From assembly GCA_029937545.1 (NCBI GenBank), contig JAPYPR010000002.1, positions 129,115 through 193,114 of the forward strand: a stretch of 64,000 bases of DNA. Direction: 5' to 3'. Source of the DNA: Erythrobacter sp. (lineage in GTDB: Bacteria; Pseudomonadota; Alphaproteobacteria; Sphingomonadales; Sphingomonadaceae). Under the pieces are notes generated by a model. It was not told the origin of the DNA. It searched no databases and worked only from the letters and a program-made list of their open reading frames with translations. Shown here piece by piece: positions 27,240 through 36,951 of this stretch (position 1 is the first letter of the stretch; every line of letters begins with the position of its first letter). A program made the position numbers and the translations under genes.

Positions 27240-28222
27240 GACCATACACCGTTCAGCGACTTAGGGGTGGTTTCGCAATCGTATGGTATGAGGGTGATAA
27301 ACGCCATCGGCGTCAGCTTGACTCAAACGAGCGTGTAAACGCTGAAGCGGAAGCACGCCGTTTGTGGGAAGCAGCGGATGATACCCCTTGGACAATTGGA
27401 AGGATTGTAGAAGGATACATATCCCATCTAGCCAAGAGCGATCCTCCTTCGCTCCAGCGGAGGAAAGATGCTTGGAAAGCGATGCGATCGTTTTGGGGAA
27501 ACGTCGAACCAGCGATGATCGACGATGAAATGTGTATTGATTACCGAGCTCGTCGGCCAGTGGCGGATTCGACGGTGCGGTATGAGCTTCTGCTACTGTC
27601 TACGGCATTGAATTGGGCGAAAAAGAAAGAACACATTCTCGACCGCCCATCGATCTGGCTGCCCGAGAAAGATGCTTATCGGATACGCTATCTCGAACGA
27701 AATGATTTCGAAGAATTCTACGGAGCCGTCAAATCGCCTCATGCTCGCCTATACGTCCTTTTAGGCGTATACACGATAGCGCGCCCCTCTGCGATCCTTG
27801 AGCTCGAATGGTCTCGAGTCGATTTTGAGCGCCGACAGATCGATCTCAATCCAGTTGGGCGACGTCAGACAGCAAAAAGGCGCCCAATCGTTCCTATCAA
27901 TAGCGAACTGCACGAAGCTCTGGCGGAAGCATTCGAGGCAAGGCAAAGTGACTTTGTCATCGAGCGTGGCGGCGAGCCAATTCGGAGCATTAAGAAAGCC
28001 TTTCAAGCCGCCAGCAAACGTAGCGGCATAAAGGCTACGCCTTACACCTTGAGACATACTGGGGCGGTGTGGGCTGCCGAAGCAGGAGTATCAATGGCTG
28101 CGCTGGCGCAACTCATGGGACATGACGACGATCGCACAACCCAAAAGCACTACGCGCGCTTCTCTCCAGGCTACTTGAAAGACGTAGGCGATAAGATCGC
28201 AAAAGGTAGAAGAAGGCGGTGA
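27227..28222 (+). CDS. int: Tyrosine recombinase / phage-type integrase
   Basis: ARPSAILEL (R), PYTLRHT, QLMGH, QKHYA (catalytic Y); points at the tRNA-Pro att. Confidence 0.93.
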   Translation: MSGVRPYTVQRLRGGFAIVWYEGDKRHRRQLDSNERVNAEAEARRLWEAADDTPWTIGRIVEGYISHLAKSDPPSLQRRKDAWKAMRSFWGNVEPAMIDDEMCIDYRARRPVADSTVRYELLLLSTALNWAKKKEHILDRPSIWLPEKDAYRIRYLERNDFEEFYGAVKSPHARLYVLLGVYTIARPSAILELEWSRVDFERRQIDLNPVGRRQTAKRRPIVPINSELHEALAEAFEARQSDFVIERGGEPIRSIKKAFQAASKRSGIKATPYTLRHTGAVWAAEAGVSMAALAQLMGHDDDRTTQKHYARFSPGYLKDVGDKIAKGRRRR

Positions 28223-28223
28223 A

Positions 28224-28250
28224 GGTTCACTGTGAACCCATAACCCCTGT
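28224..28250 (+). repeat. Candidate integrase arm-type/accessory site, copy 2
   Basis: GGTTCACTGTGAACCCATAACCCCTGT; 63 bp from the tRNA 3' end; matches 8056-8082. Confidence 0.6.
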
Positions 28251-28313
28251 TTAACTTGCGAACTCATCATCGAGTAAGGGTTTGGTTTTAAACGCTTATT
28301 CCAAGATCCAATA

Positions 28314-28390
28314 TGGTCGGGGAGAGAGGATTCGAACCTCCGGCCCCTGCCTCCCGAAGACAGTGCTCTACCAGGCTGAGCTACTCCCCG
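28314..28390 (-). tRNA. tRNA-Pro(CGG), integration site
   Basis: CGGGGAGTAGCTCAGCCTGGTAGAGCACTGTCTTCGGGAGGCAGGGGCCGGAGGTTCGAATCCTCTCTCCCCGACCA; 77-nt cloverleaf. Confidence 0.97.
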
Positions 28391-28441
28391 ACCGGATGCG
28401 TTGCGAAGGCGGACCCCCGCGAGGCAGAGGCGGCCCTATAG

Positions 28442-29428
28442 GTGTGGATTGCCGCACGCGCAAGCGGGCATTTGGCCGATTTTCGGGATAGAGCCGACGG
28501 CGTGGAAAACGCGCATTACGAACAGCAATATCTCGACCTGATGCAGCGCATCTGGCGCGAAGGCGACGAGCGGCGCGATCGCACCGGTGTCGGCACGCGA
28601 TCAATCTTCGGCGCTCGCCTACGGTTCAACTTGGCGAACGGAGCGATGCCGCTGCTGACCACCAAGCGGGTCTATTGGAAAACAGCCACGCGCGAGATGC
28701 TGTGGTTCTTGACCGGGGACACCAATATCCGCCCGCTGGTGCTGCAAGGCGTCAAAATCTGGAACGAGTGGCCGCACGCCCGCTATGTGAAGGAGACGGG
28801 CGACGCCATCGCGCTCGACGACTTCGTGCAGCGAATCGCCGACGACGAGGCTTTTGCGAAGCGCTGGGGCGATCTCGGTCCGGTCTATGGCAAGCAATGG
28901 GTCGACTGGCCGACCTATCGCTATCGCAAGGACGGACTGTTCGAGCGGGGTGAGGGCATCAACCAGGTGGCCGAAGTGGTCGAATCGCTCCGGAGCAACC
29001 CCGGTAGCAGGCGTCACATCATCGAGGGTTGGAACGTCGCGGAGCTCGACCGGATGGCCTTGCCGCCGTGCCACAAGACCTACCAGTTCCACGTCGCGGG
29101 CGAGCGGCTGAACTGCCTGCTCTACCAACGCAGTTGCGACGTCGCGCTGGGCCTGCCGTTCAACCTGTGGTCGGCAGCGCTGCTGGCGCGGATGGTCGCC
29201 CAGCAGGTCGATCTCGAGCCAGGCGAACTGGTGTGGATGGGCGGCGATACGCACCTTTATCTCAACCATGAGCACCTGATCGAAGAGCAGCTCTCGCGGG
29301 AACCTCGCTTGGCTCCGACGCTAGCCATATTACGGCGGCCGCCGACGATCTTCGACTATCGCATTGAGGATTTCGAGGTTCGCGACTACACGCCGCACGG
29401 GCCCATCAAGGCCCCCGTCGCCGTGTGA
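28442..29428 (+). CDS. thyA: Thymidylate synthase
   Basis: DRTGVGT, PLLTTKRV, GPVYGKQW, MALPPCH, YQRSCD, GLPFN. Confidence 0.97.
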   Translation: MWIAARASGHLADFRDRADGVENAHYEQQYLDLMQRIWREGDERRDRTGVGTRSIFGARLRFNLANGAMPLLTTKRVYWKTATREMLWFLTGDTNIRPLVLQGVKIWNEWPHARYVKETGDAIALDDFVQRIADDEAFAKRWGDLGPVYGKQWVDWPTYRYRKDGLFERGEGINQVAEVVESLRSNPGSRRHIIEGWNVAELDRMALPPCHKTYQFHVAGERLNCLLYQRSCDVALGLPFNLWSAALLARMVAQQVDLEPGELVWMGGDTHLYLNHEHLIEEQLSREPRLAPTLAILRRPPTIFDYRIEDFEVRDYTPHGPIKAPVAV

Positions 29429-29519
29429 TCCGGACCGAGCGGTCTCCATCCCTTGACCGTTTCGCGCGCGTGAAATAATATAACGCCTGCGCGTAAGATT
29501 GCGTCTGGGAGAGTTTTCT

Positions 29520-30833
29520 ATGGCCGACAGGCCCTCAGGAGCGGGACAGGGCGATAATCGTCCCAAGCTGTCGCTCCACGTACCCGAACCCAAGTTCCGG
29601 CCCGGCGATGCGGTCGATTTCTCGCATTTGCAGGTGCCCGAGGCGGGCACCGCGATGCGTCCCGACGAAACGTGCGATCCGAAGGATATGCACGAGCTCG
29701 CGTATGGCCTAGTCCGAGTGCTGGGGGAGGATAACAAGGCGCACGGCGCCTGGGATCCGAAACTCGATCCTGAAACTCTTCGCAAGATGCTCGGCCACAT
29801 GGCCATGACCCGCGCCTTCGACGAGCGCATGTTCCGCGGACAACGGCAGGGTAAGACCAGCTTTTACATGAAGTGCACCGGCGAAGAGGCGACCAGCGTG
29901 TCCGCCTCGATGGCGCTTGCCGCGGATGATATGGTCTTCCCCAGCTATCGCCAGCAGGGCATCCTGATCCAGCGCGGTTACCCGATGATCGAGATGATCA
30001 ACCAGATCTACTCGAACAAGGGCGACAAGCTTAAGGGCCGCCAGCTTCCGATCATGTATTCCAGCCGCGAGCACAGCTTCTTCACCATCAGCGGCAATCT
30101 CGCCACGCAGACCCCGCAGGCCGTAGGCTGGGCGATGGCTAGCGCGATCAAAGGCGACAGCCGGATTGCCGCAACCTGGGTGGGCGAGGGCAGCACGGCG
30201 GAAGGCGATTTCCATTCGGCTTGCACCTTTGCGACCGTTTACAACGCGCCGGTCATTCTCAACGTCATCAACAACCAGTGGGCGATCAGCAGCTTCAGCG
30301 GCTTTGCCGGAGCCGAGCGTACCACATTCGCCGCTCGCGCGCTGGGCTATGGCTTGGCCGGACTGCGCGTCGATGGCAACGATGCGTTGGCTTGCTATGC
30401 CGCCGAGCAGTGGGCCGCCAATCGCGCCCGCGCCAATGCCGGACCGACGCTGATCGAGTTCTTCACCTATCGTGCGGAAGGGCATTCCACCTCCGACGAT
30501 CCGACCGGCTACCGCAGCGCGCAGGAGCGGACCGACTGGCCGCTCGGCGATCCGGTGACGCGCCTCAAGGACCACCTCATCGCGCTCGGCGAGTGGGACG
30601 AGGAGCGGCAGGAGAAGATGGACCTCGAAGCGGCCGAGCACGTCAAGAAGACCACCAAGGAGGCCGAAGCCAACGGCATTCTCGGCCATGGCCTCCACCA
30701 CCCGTTCCGGACCATGTTCGAGGATGTGTTCGAAGAGCTGCCCTGGCATCTCAAGGAACAGGCCGAGCAGGCGATCCACGAACGCGAGACCAAATTCCCC
30801 GAAGGACTCCCGAACGGAGGGAAGGGCGCATGA
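29520..30833 (+). CDS. bkdA1: Branched-chain 2-oxoacid dehydrogenase E1 alpha
   Basis: RQGKTSFYM, FPSYRQQG, GEGSTAEGDF, YRAEGHSTSDDP. Confidence 0.93.
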   Translation: MADRPSGAGQGDNRPKLSLHVPEPKFRPGDAVDFSHLQVPEAGTAMRPDETCDPKDMHELAYGLVRVLGEDNKAHGAWDPKLDPETLRKMLGHMAMTRAFDERMFRGQRQGKTSFYMKCTGEEATSVSASMALAADDMVFPSYRQQGILIQRGYPMIEMINQIYSNKGDKLKGRQLPIMYSSREHSFFTISGNLATQTPQAVGWAMASAIKGDSRIAATWVGEGSTAEGDFHSACTFATVYNAPVILNVINNQWAISSFSGFAGAERTTFAARALGYGLAGLRVDGNDALACYAAEQWAANRARANAGPTLIEFFTYRAEGHSTSDDPTGYRSAQERTDWPLGDPVTRLKDHLIALGEWDEERQEKMDLEAAEHVKKTTKEAEANGILGHGLHHPFRTMFEDVFEELPWHLKEQAEQAIHERETKFPEGLPNGGKGA

Positions 30834-31891
30834 GCGAGACGCAGACCAAGGACGCGCCCGTCGGCGAGCAGGACGCAGAACGCCGGCTCAACATGATCGA
30901 GGCGATCAACGACGCCCTCGATGTGTCGATGGCAAAGGATCCCGACGTCGTCGTGATGGGCGAAGACGTCGGCTACTTCGGCGGGGTCTTCCGCTGCACC
31001 GCGGGTTTGCAGGATAAATACGGCAAGACCCGCGTATTCGACACCCCGATCTCCGAATGCGGCATCATCGCAGTGGCGGTTGGCATGGGTGCCTATGGTC
31101 TGCGACCGGTGCCGGAAATCCAGTTTGCCGACTACATCTACCCCGGCCTCGACCAGCTGATCTCCGAGGCGGCGCGGCTGCGCTATCGCTCGGCAGGCGA
31201 ATATATTGCACCGATGACCGTGCGCTCGCCCTTCGGTGGCGGCATCTTCGGCGGGCAAACGCATAGCCAAAGCCCCGAAGCGATCTTCACCCATGTTTCG
31301 GGTCTCAAGACGGTGATCCCGTCCACGCCTTATGACGCCAAGGGCCTGCTGATCAGCGCGATCGAAGACAACGACCCGGTCATCTTCTTCGAACCCAAGC
31401 GCATCTACAACGGGCCGTTTTCCGGCTATTACGACAAGCCCGCGCAGCCGTGGAAGCGGTTCGACGAAAGCGTCGTGCCGGAAGGGCACTACAGCATCCC
31501 GCTCGGCAAGGCGCGGCGCGTGACAGAGGGGGACCGCGTGACGATCCTCGCCTATGGCACCATGGTCCATGTGGTCGAAGAGGTGTGCAAACAGAAGGGG
31601 GTCGAAGCCGACATCCTCGACCTGCGCACACTCGTCCCGCTCGACATTGAGGCGATCGAGGCATCGGTCGAGCGCACCGGGCGCTGCCTGATCGTTCACG
31701 AGGCAACCCGCACGAGCGGGTTCGGTGCGGAACTTTCGGCGCTGGTTACCGAACGGTGTTTCTATCACCTCGAAGCGCCGGTCGAACGCGTGACCGGGTT
31801 CGACACACCCTATCCCCACAGCCTCGAATGGGCATATTTCCCGGGCCCGATCCGCATTGGCGAGGCCCTCGACAAGATTCTGGCGGAGTAA
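30830..31891 (+). CDS. bkdA2: Branched-chain 2-oxoacid dehydrogenase E1 beta
   Basis: GEDVGYFGGVFR, FDTPISE, EIQFADY, HSQSPEA. Confidence 0.93.
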   Translation: MSETQTKDAPVGEQDAERRLNMIEAINDALDVSMAKDPDVVVMGEDVGYFGGVFRCTAGLQDKYGKTRVFDTPISECGIIAVAVGMGAYGLRPVPEIQFADYIYPGLDQLISEAARLRYRSAGEYIAPMTVRSPFGGGIFGGQTHSQSPEAIFTHVSGLKTVIPSTPYDAKGLLISAIEDNDPVIFFEPKRIYNGPFSGYYDKPAQPWKRFDESVVPEGHYSIPLGKARRVTEGDRVTILAYGTMVHVVEEVCKQKGVEADILDLRTLVPLDIEAIEASVERTGRCLIVHEATRTSGFGAELSALVTERCFYHLEAPVERVTGFDTPYPHSLEWAYFPGPIRIGEALDKILAE

Positions 31892-31896
31892 CCGCA

Positions 31897-33210
31897 ATGG
31901 CGAAGTTCACGTTCAATATGCCCGACATCGGCGAAGGCATCGCCGAAGCGGAAATCGTGCAATGGCACAAGCAGGTCGGCGACACGGTCCAGGAAGACGA
32001 GGAATTCGTCGACATGATGACCGACAAGGCGACCGTGCCGATGGAAAGCCCGGTCAACGGCAAGATCCTGGAGATTGCGGGCGGCGAAGGCGACATGGTC
32101 TCGATCGGTTCCATGCTGGTCGTGATCGAGGTCGAGGGCGAAGTGCCCGACGAGGTGGTCGAGGAAAACGAGATAGCGGCGGAGGCAACGCCCGCACCTG
32201 CACCGAAGGATGATGACGTCGAAGAGCGGATCGAGGTCGAGAATCCCGACCCGTCCGATGCGGACGATGCGATGGCGGCCGATCCCAGCCCGCCACCCGC
32301 ACCTTCACCGACGCCCGCTCCGAAGCCGGAGGCCAAAGCGGATACGAAGGTCCTCGCCACGCCAGCCGTGCGCAAGCGCGCGAAGGATCTCGGTGTCGAT
32401 CTGGCGCAGGTGAAGCCTGCCGAGGACGGACGGGTTCGCCACGGCGATCTCGACCAGTTCCTGTCTTACAATTCAGGCTATGGTTCGGCTGCGCCCACGC
32501 GCGAGGACGAGGAAAAGAAGGTCATCGGCATGCGTCGCCGCATTGCCGAGAACATGGCCGCATCGAAGCGCAACATTCCGCACTTCTCCTATGTCGAAGA
32601 GGTGGATGTTACCGACCTCGAGGAATTGCGCGCCCAGCTCAATGCCAATCGCGGCGACAAGCCGAAGCTGACGATCCTGCCTATGCTGATCACCGCGATC
32701 TGCAAGACGTTGCCGGATTTCCCCATGATCAACGCGCGCTACGACGACGAGGCCGGCGTGGTCACGCGTTATGGCGCCGTACATATGGGCATGGCGGCCC
32801 AAACCGACGCGGGTCTGATGGTGCCGGTCATCAAGAACGCGCAGGCGAAGAACCTGTGGCAACTTGCAAACGATATTTCGCGCCTCGCCGACGCAGCGCG
32901 GAACGGAATCGCCAAGAGCGAGGAAATGCAGGGCGGAACGCTGACCGTTACCTCCCTCGGCCCGCTCGGCGGTGTCGCGACGACGCCAGTCATCAACCGC
33001 CCCGAAGTGGCGATCATCGGACCGAACCGAATTATCGAGCGACCGATGTACGTCACCGGCAGCGATGGTGCGGAGCGGATCGAGAAGCGCAAGCTGATGA
33101 ATATTTCGATCAGCTGCGACCATCGCGTCGTCGACGGCTGGGATGCAGCGAGCTTCGTGCAGGCGCTGAAGAAGTTGCTGGAAGCGCCGGCGCTGATCCT
33201 CGTCAGCTAA
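31897..33210 (+). CDS. bkdB: Dihydrolipoamide acyltransferase E2
   Basis: Lipoyl domain MTDKAT, ATPAVRKRA, DHRVVDG. Confidence 0.93.
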   Translation: MAKFTFNMPDIGEGIAEAEIVQWHKQVGDTVQEDEEFVDMMTDKATVPMESPVNGKILEIAGGEGDMVSIGSMLVVIEVEGEVPDEVVEENEIAAEATPAPAPKDDDVEERIEVENPDPSDADDAMAADPSPPPAPSPTPAPKPEAKADTKVLATPAVRKRAKDLGVDLAQVKPAEDGRVRHGDLDQFLSYNSGYGSAAPTREDEEKKVIGMRRRIAENMAASKRNIPHFSYVEEVDVTDLEELRAQLNANRGDKPKLTILPMLITAICKTLPDFPMINARYDDEAGVVTRYGAVHMGMAAQTDAGLMVPVIKNAQAKNLWQLANDISRLADAARNGIAKSEEMQGGTLTVTSLGPLGGVATTPVINRPEVAIIGPNRIIERPMYVTGSDGAERIEKRKLMNISISCDHRVVDGWDAASFVQALKKLLEAPALILVS

Positions 33211-33222
33211 ACGCGCTGTGCC

Positions 33223-33339
33223 TTACGGCGCCGCAACGGGTGGATAGGCCTGCGTCTGGATATTGAGCGCGGATTGCGCTGCCAGCGCCCCACCTGCGAG
33301 CATGGTGAGCGACACCACCAGAAAAGCTGTTCTCAGCAT
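33223..33339 (-). CDS. Putative small secreted peptide (38 aa)
   Basis: MLRTAFLVVSLTMLAGGALAAQSALNIQTQAYPPVAAP; signal-peptide-like, GGGG SD. Confidence 0.4.
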   Translation of the reverse strand: MLRTAFLVVSLTMLAGGALAAQSALNIQTQAYPPVAAP

Positions 33340-33514
33340 TGCGAACCCCCATTCCCCACGCGGATTACGATGGGGCAGATGCTCGCTGCGCTGGGTTAAT
33401 TTCGGCTAAAAACCGGTCGCTTCCGGGATGCGCGAAAAAAGGAGAAAAAAGCGTGGCGATCTGCATTGACAGGAATCGGAGCCTGCCCTAACTGCGCGGC
33501 TCCCAAGTGGCTAC

Positions 33515-33591
33515 GCGGGTGTAGCTCAGTTGGTTAGAGTGTCGGCCTGTCACGCCGAAGGTCGCGGGTTCGAGTCCCGTCACTCGCGCCA
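33515..33591 (+). tRNA. tRNA-Asp(GTC)
   Basis: GCGGGTGTAGCTCAGTTGGTTAGAGTGTCGGCCTGTCACGCCGAAGGTCGCGGGTTCGAGTCCCGTCACTCGCGCCA. Confidence 0.97.
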
Positions 33592-33604
33592 CTTGGGGAT
33601 TTCC

Positions 33605-34387
33605 TTACGATTGATGGCTCTTGCAGTAGTAGGCGGTTCGTCCGCCTACCTTGGCCGTCACGATCTCGCCCCCGCAGCGCCGACACTCCGCCCCCTTGTT
33701 GCGGTGGCGGATCAGCCATTTGCGCGGCAGCTGCGAATAATGTGCTTCGGTATCGACGACACCTTGCAGGATACGGCGCATGGCCGTGTGCATCGAGCCT
33801 AGTGTTGCATCGTCGAGCGTATTGGCGCTGGTCTCTGGATTGATCTCGGTCTGGAACAGGATTTCGTCGGACCAGAGATTTCCGATCCCGGCTATTCGCT
33901 CCTGCTTCATCAGGGCCGACTTGATCGCGCTGCGCGTGCTGCCGAGTGCTTCAACGAAATCGGCCTTGTCGATATCGAGCGCATCGGGGCCGAGCGTCTC
34001 GCTCTCGATATAGCTGTCCACGTCATCGATGATCCGGACATGACCGAGCTTGCGGGGACAGCGAAAGGCCAGGCGGCGGTCTCCTTCGAAGGATATCAGC
34101 AGCTTGGTGTAATCCGGTGCCTGATCGGGCGTATCGAATGGCACGAGCTTGCCGGTCATGCCCAGATGCACCGCGATCCAGGGACCGGTCTTCGATCCGG
34201 CAAAGATGTTCTTCCCGTGCCGCTGGGTTCGGGTGAACTGATGGCCGACCAGTCGCTGGCGCGCATTGTCGCCCGGAAGTTCGATGTAGTCGGTATCGGT
34301 CCCCAGTTCGACGGTTTCTATCGTGCGGTTGAGACACTCGCGCTCGAGGATAAGGCGTTGCGCTTCATTCTCTGGTAGTTCCGGCAT
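33605..34387 (-). CDS. Fpg/Nei family DNA glycosylase (paralogue type)
   Basis: MPELPE N-terminus, RHGK, HLGMTG, H2TH IAGIGNLWSDEILF, zinc finger CRRC...YCKSH. Confidence 0.88.
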   Translation of the reverse strand: MPELPENEAQRLILERECLNRTIETVELGTDTDYIELPGDNARQRLVGHQFTRTQRHGKNIFAGSKTGPWIAVHLGMTGKLVPFDTPDQAPDYTKLLISFEGDRRLAFRCPRKLGHVRIIDDVDSYIESETLGPDALDIDKADFVEALGSTRSAIKSALMKQERIAGIGNLWSDEILFQTEINPETSANTLDDATLGSMHTAMRRILQGVVDTEAHYSQLPRKWLIRHRNKGAECRRCGGEIVTAKVGGRTAYYCKSHQS

Positions 34388-34420
34388 GGCAATCGAACGG
34401 GACCCCGTCCGGACCGTTCC

Positions 34421-35856
34421 TCAGCCCCGCTCCGCCAGTTGGCGCAAGTTGGCCTCGTGCTCGGCGCGGTCGATCTTGTAGCGTGATATGCAATAGAGCC
34501 CTGCTAGCCACAGGACGAGCAGCGACGGCGCATATCCTGCGCCCAGCGCCTACAGTGTATCCTCGGAAACGCTGCTCGGCTTTGCGCCTTCCGGGAAGGC
34601 TATAACGGACAGGATAACGCCGGCAGCCAGCGCGCCAAGCCCCTGTGTGGTCTTGCGGGTGAAAGTGACCGCCGCATAATAGACGCCCTCGCTGCGCCGG
34701 CCGGTCTTCGACTGGTTCGCCTCCACCAGATCGGCGATCATCGAATAGGCGACCGCCGAAACCGCGATGATCAGCGCGAGGTCGATTACGTTGATCGCCA
34801 ACACGAGCGGGAAGAGTAGAGGATCGCCATTCTCCGGCATCGCACCGATCGGCCTCAGCAGCAACAGGCGCAGACTGGATCGTAAAGGCCAGCAGGCCCG
34901 GAACGATCGTAGCATTCTTCTTGCCCAGCCGTCGGGTTCACAACGGGGCGAGAAGGAAGCCGAACAGCGCGGAGAAAAATACCGAACAGGTCCAGATCAA
35001 GATCTGGAACTCGCTGAAGCCTCAGAAATAATTGAGGATCAGGAACGATAGCGAGGCGGCCAGGCCGGTCGCTACCGAGAAGAATACCATCGCCAGGAAA
35101 AGTGCGATGAAGCTGCGTTCGCTCAGTGTCTCGATCATTTCGCGGAAGATGCGGCGCACACTGAAATCCTCGCCGGTAGGGACCGGGCGATGCAAGTGGA
35201 GAATGCGGTGGTATGTACCGAGAGCGGACACCATGATGGCGAGGAAGATCGTGACGCTGCCGATGATGCCACAGGTCGCGAAGGCCTCGGGATCGCGCAT
35301 CCCCAGCGGACCGGCGAGCAGCACGGCAAACATGATCACGATCATGATATTGCCGCCCGCCCAGCCGAAGAACAGGCGGTAGGACTGCAGGCTGGTGCGC
35401 GTCGTAATCGGCTGCGAGGTCGGGGATGAGCGAAGTACTGGGCGTCCCGTAGAATGTGACAAGAGTGCGGATCAGGATCGCGATGACAGTGAGGTGGAGG
35501 AAGAGCCCGGTCTGTCCCCAGTCGGGCGGATTCGAGAGGAGGAAATAGCTGAGCCCCCCCCGGAACGGCTGCGGCGTACATAAGTGGGTGGCGACAACCC
35601 CAGCGGTTGCGGAAATTGTCCGACCAGTAGCCAACCAAGGGATCGGGCAAGGCATCGAAAACCAGTGCGATGAGGATAGCCAGGCCGACCGGCCCCGGCT
35701 CCAGACCGATTACCGTTCCGTAGAACAGCAGCAGGAAATAATCGAAACCGTTGTTCTTGATGCCGAAAGCCGCCGCCCCGAACCCATGGCGAGCTTAAGC
35801 GCGACGGACGGTTTCTCGCTCACGGGCGGGCTTGCGCCGCCGCCTTGTATTGCCAT
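34421..35856 (-). pseudogene. MFS/GPH-family sugar transporter pseudogene (several frameshifts)
   Basis: Fragments in different frames: FDALPDPLVGYWSDNFR.RWG, YGTPSTSL, SYRLFFGWAGG, MIADLVE; first frameshift near 35788. Confidence 0.85.
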
Positions 35857-35903
35857 GTCTCTCTCCCGCAGGAGAAGCTAGGGCAGCAAGTGATGCTTGG
35901 CAA

Positions 35904-36119
35904 TCAACCCCAGCGCCCGGTCTCCATCCAGACCAGGAAGCGTCGAAGTGGCAGCAGCCAGACGAGGCCGAGGAAGAGATACACTACCGTCTGCGCCAGC
36001 GCGTGCCATCCGCCGATCAGCTCGGGCACATAGCGCGCAACGACGATGCCGTAGACCAGCAGCGCGGCGAGCAGGCCCAGCAGGCCGACAGGGATCCGCC
36101 AGGTCGGTTCGTATCTCAT
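35904..36119 (-). CDS. DUF2842-like small membrane protein
   Basis: MRYEPTWRIPVG...WLLPLRRFLVWMETGRWG. Confidence 0.75.
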   Translation of the reverse strand: MRYEPTWRIPVGLLGLLAALLVYGIVVARYVPELIGGWHALAQTVVYLFLGLVWLLPLRRFLVWMETGRWG

Positions 36120-36126
36120 CGATCTC

Positions 36127-36720
36127 TCATGCGAATGGTCCGTAAAAACGGGTGGGAGTGACCACGGCTTGCAGACGCTTGTCGTGTGCTTCCACCGGCA
36201 ACCGGTCGCACTTCTGGCAATCCCAAGCCAGGCCGATCGCGATCGTTTCCGGATGGGCTTCCAGCCAGCGATCATAATGCCCGCCACCCTGTCCGAGCCG
36301 TTCGCCGCTATCGGTAAAACCGATGAGGGGAACAAGCAATACGGCGGGCTGCATCGACGGTGCCTCTGATGGGGGCTGCATGAGCCCGAATGGCCCTTCT
36401 TGCAGGTCCTCGACCTCGAAAGGATCGGCGAAGCGCGCGAACTCCATCACTGCGCCGCCACCGGCAAAGCGGGGAAGGGCGAGCTCGTGGCCGTGCTCAA
36501 GGAAGAATTTCGCGTAAGACGAAGCAGGCGCCTCATACGCATTCTCGCGGTACAGGCCGATCACCGCACCGTCGGGCACCAGTTCCAACAGTGGAGCCGG
36601 CGGGCGGTGGAATACGAGTGCGCGCATACTGTCGGGCAGTGCATCAACATGCGCTTTGCGCGCGGCGCGGAGATCTTGGCGCAGGTCGTCCTTGCTCTGG
36701 AGTGTCACGCTTGGAGGCAT
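36127..36720 (-). CDS. ygfA: 5-formyltetrahydrofolate cyclo-ligase
   Basis: LLVPLIGF...RLGQGGGHYDR; downstream of zapA/6S. Confidence 0.92.
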   Translation of the reverse strand: MPPSVTLQSKDDLRQDLRAARKAHVDALPDSMRALVFHRPPAPLLELVPDGAVIGLYRENAYEAPASSYAKFFLEHGHELALPRFAGGGAVMEFARFADPFEVEDLQEGPFGLMQPPSEAPSMQPAVLLVPLIGFTDSGERLGQGGGHYDRWLEAHPETIAIGLAWDCQKCDRLPVEAHDKRLQAVVTPTRFYGPFA

Positions 36721-36749
36721 CCTGTCTGCGATGGTGTGGCGGGACCACC

Positions 36750-36915
36750 ATGGGTCGTTACCTTGAAATCCTCTGGCGCCTAAAACGTCAGGTGGGCGCC
36801 GTATACCCCGGTCCCCGGGTTCCGTTCCGAAGAACGCAGTGGCCCGTGTTCCAGGGCAGGGACAGCTCCCTAGGATTGCTTATAGCCTCAGGGATATTCA
36901 TGCGGCTCGTGCCGG
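36750..36915 (-). ncRNA. ssrS: 6S RNA (ends approximate)
   Basis: Conserved zapA-ssrS-ygfA synteny; alpha-type segments CCTAGGGAGCTGTCCCTG and GGCGCCCACCTGACG. Confidence 0.75.
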
Positions 36916-36951
36916 GCAGCCCCGCCACCACGCTATTTAGGGCGCGCGCCG

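Larger units (their letters stand above)
7916..28370. mobile_element. tRNA-Pro(CGG)-integrated element (~20.4 kb), probable integrative mobilisable element carrying a defence island
   Basis: 57-bp direct repeats; tyrosine integrase and xis beside the tRNA; relaxases; visibly lower GC than flanks; no VirB/T4SS or coupling protein inside. Confidence 0.92.

Noticed and set aside
33592-35900. Possible integrated element at tRNA-Asp (likewise at tRNA-Leu 50155)
   Set aside because: No duplicated tRNA 3' end and no integrase seen.
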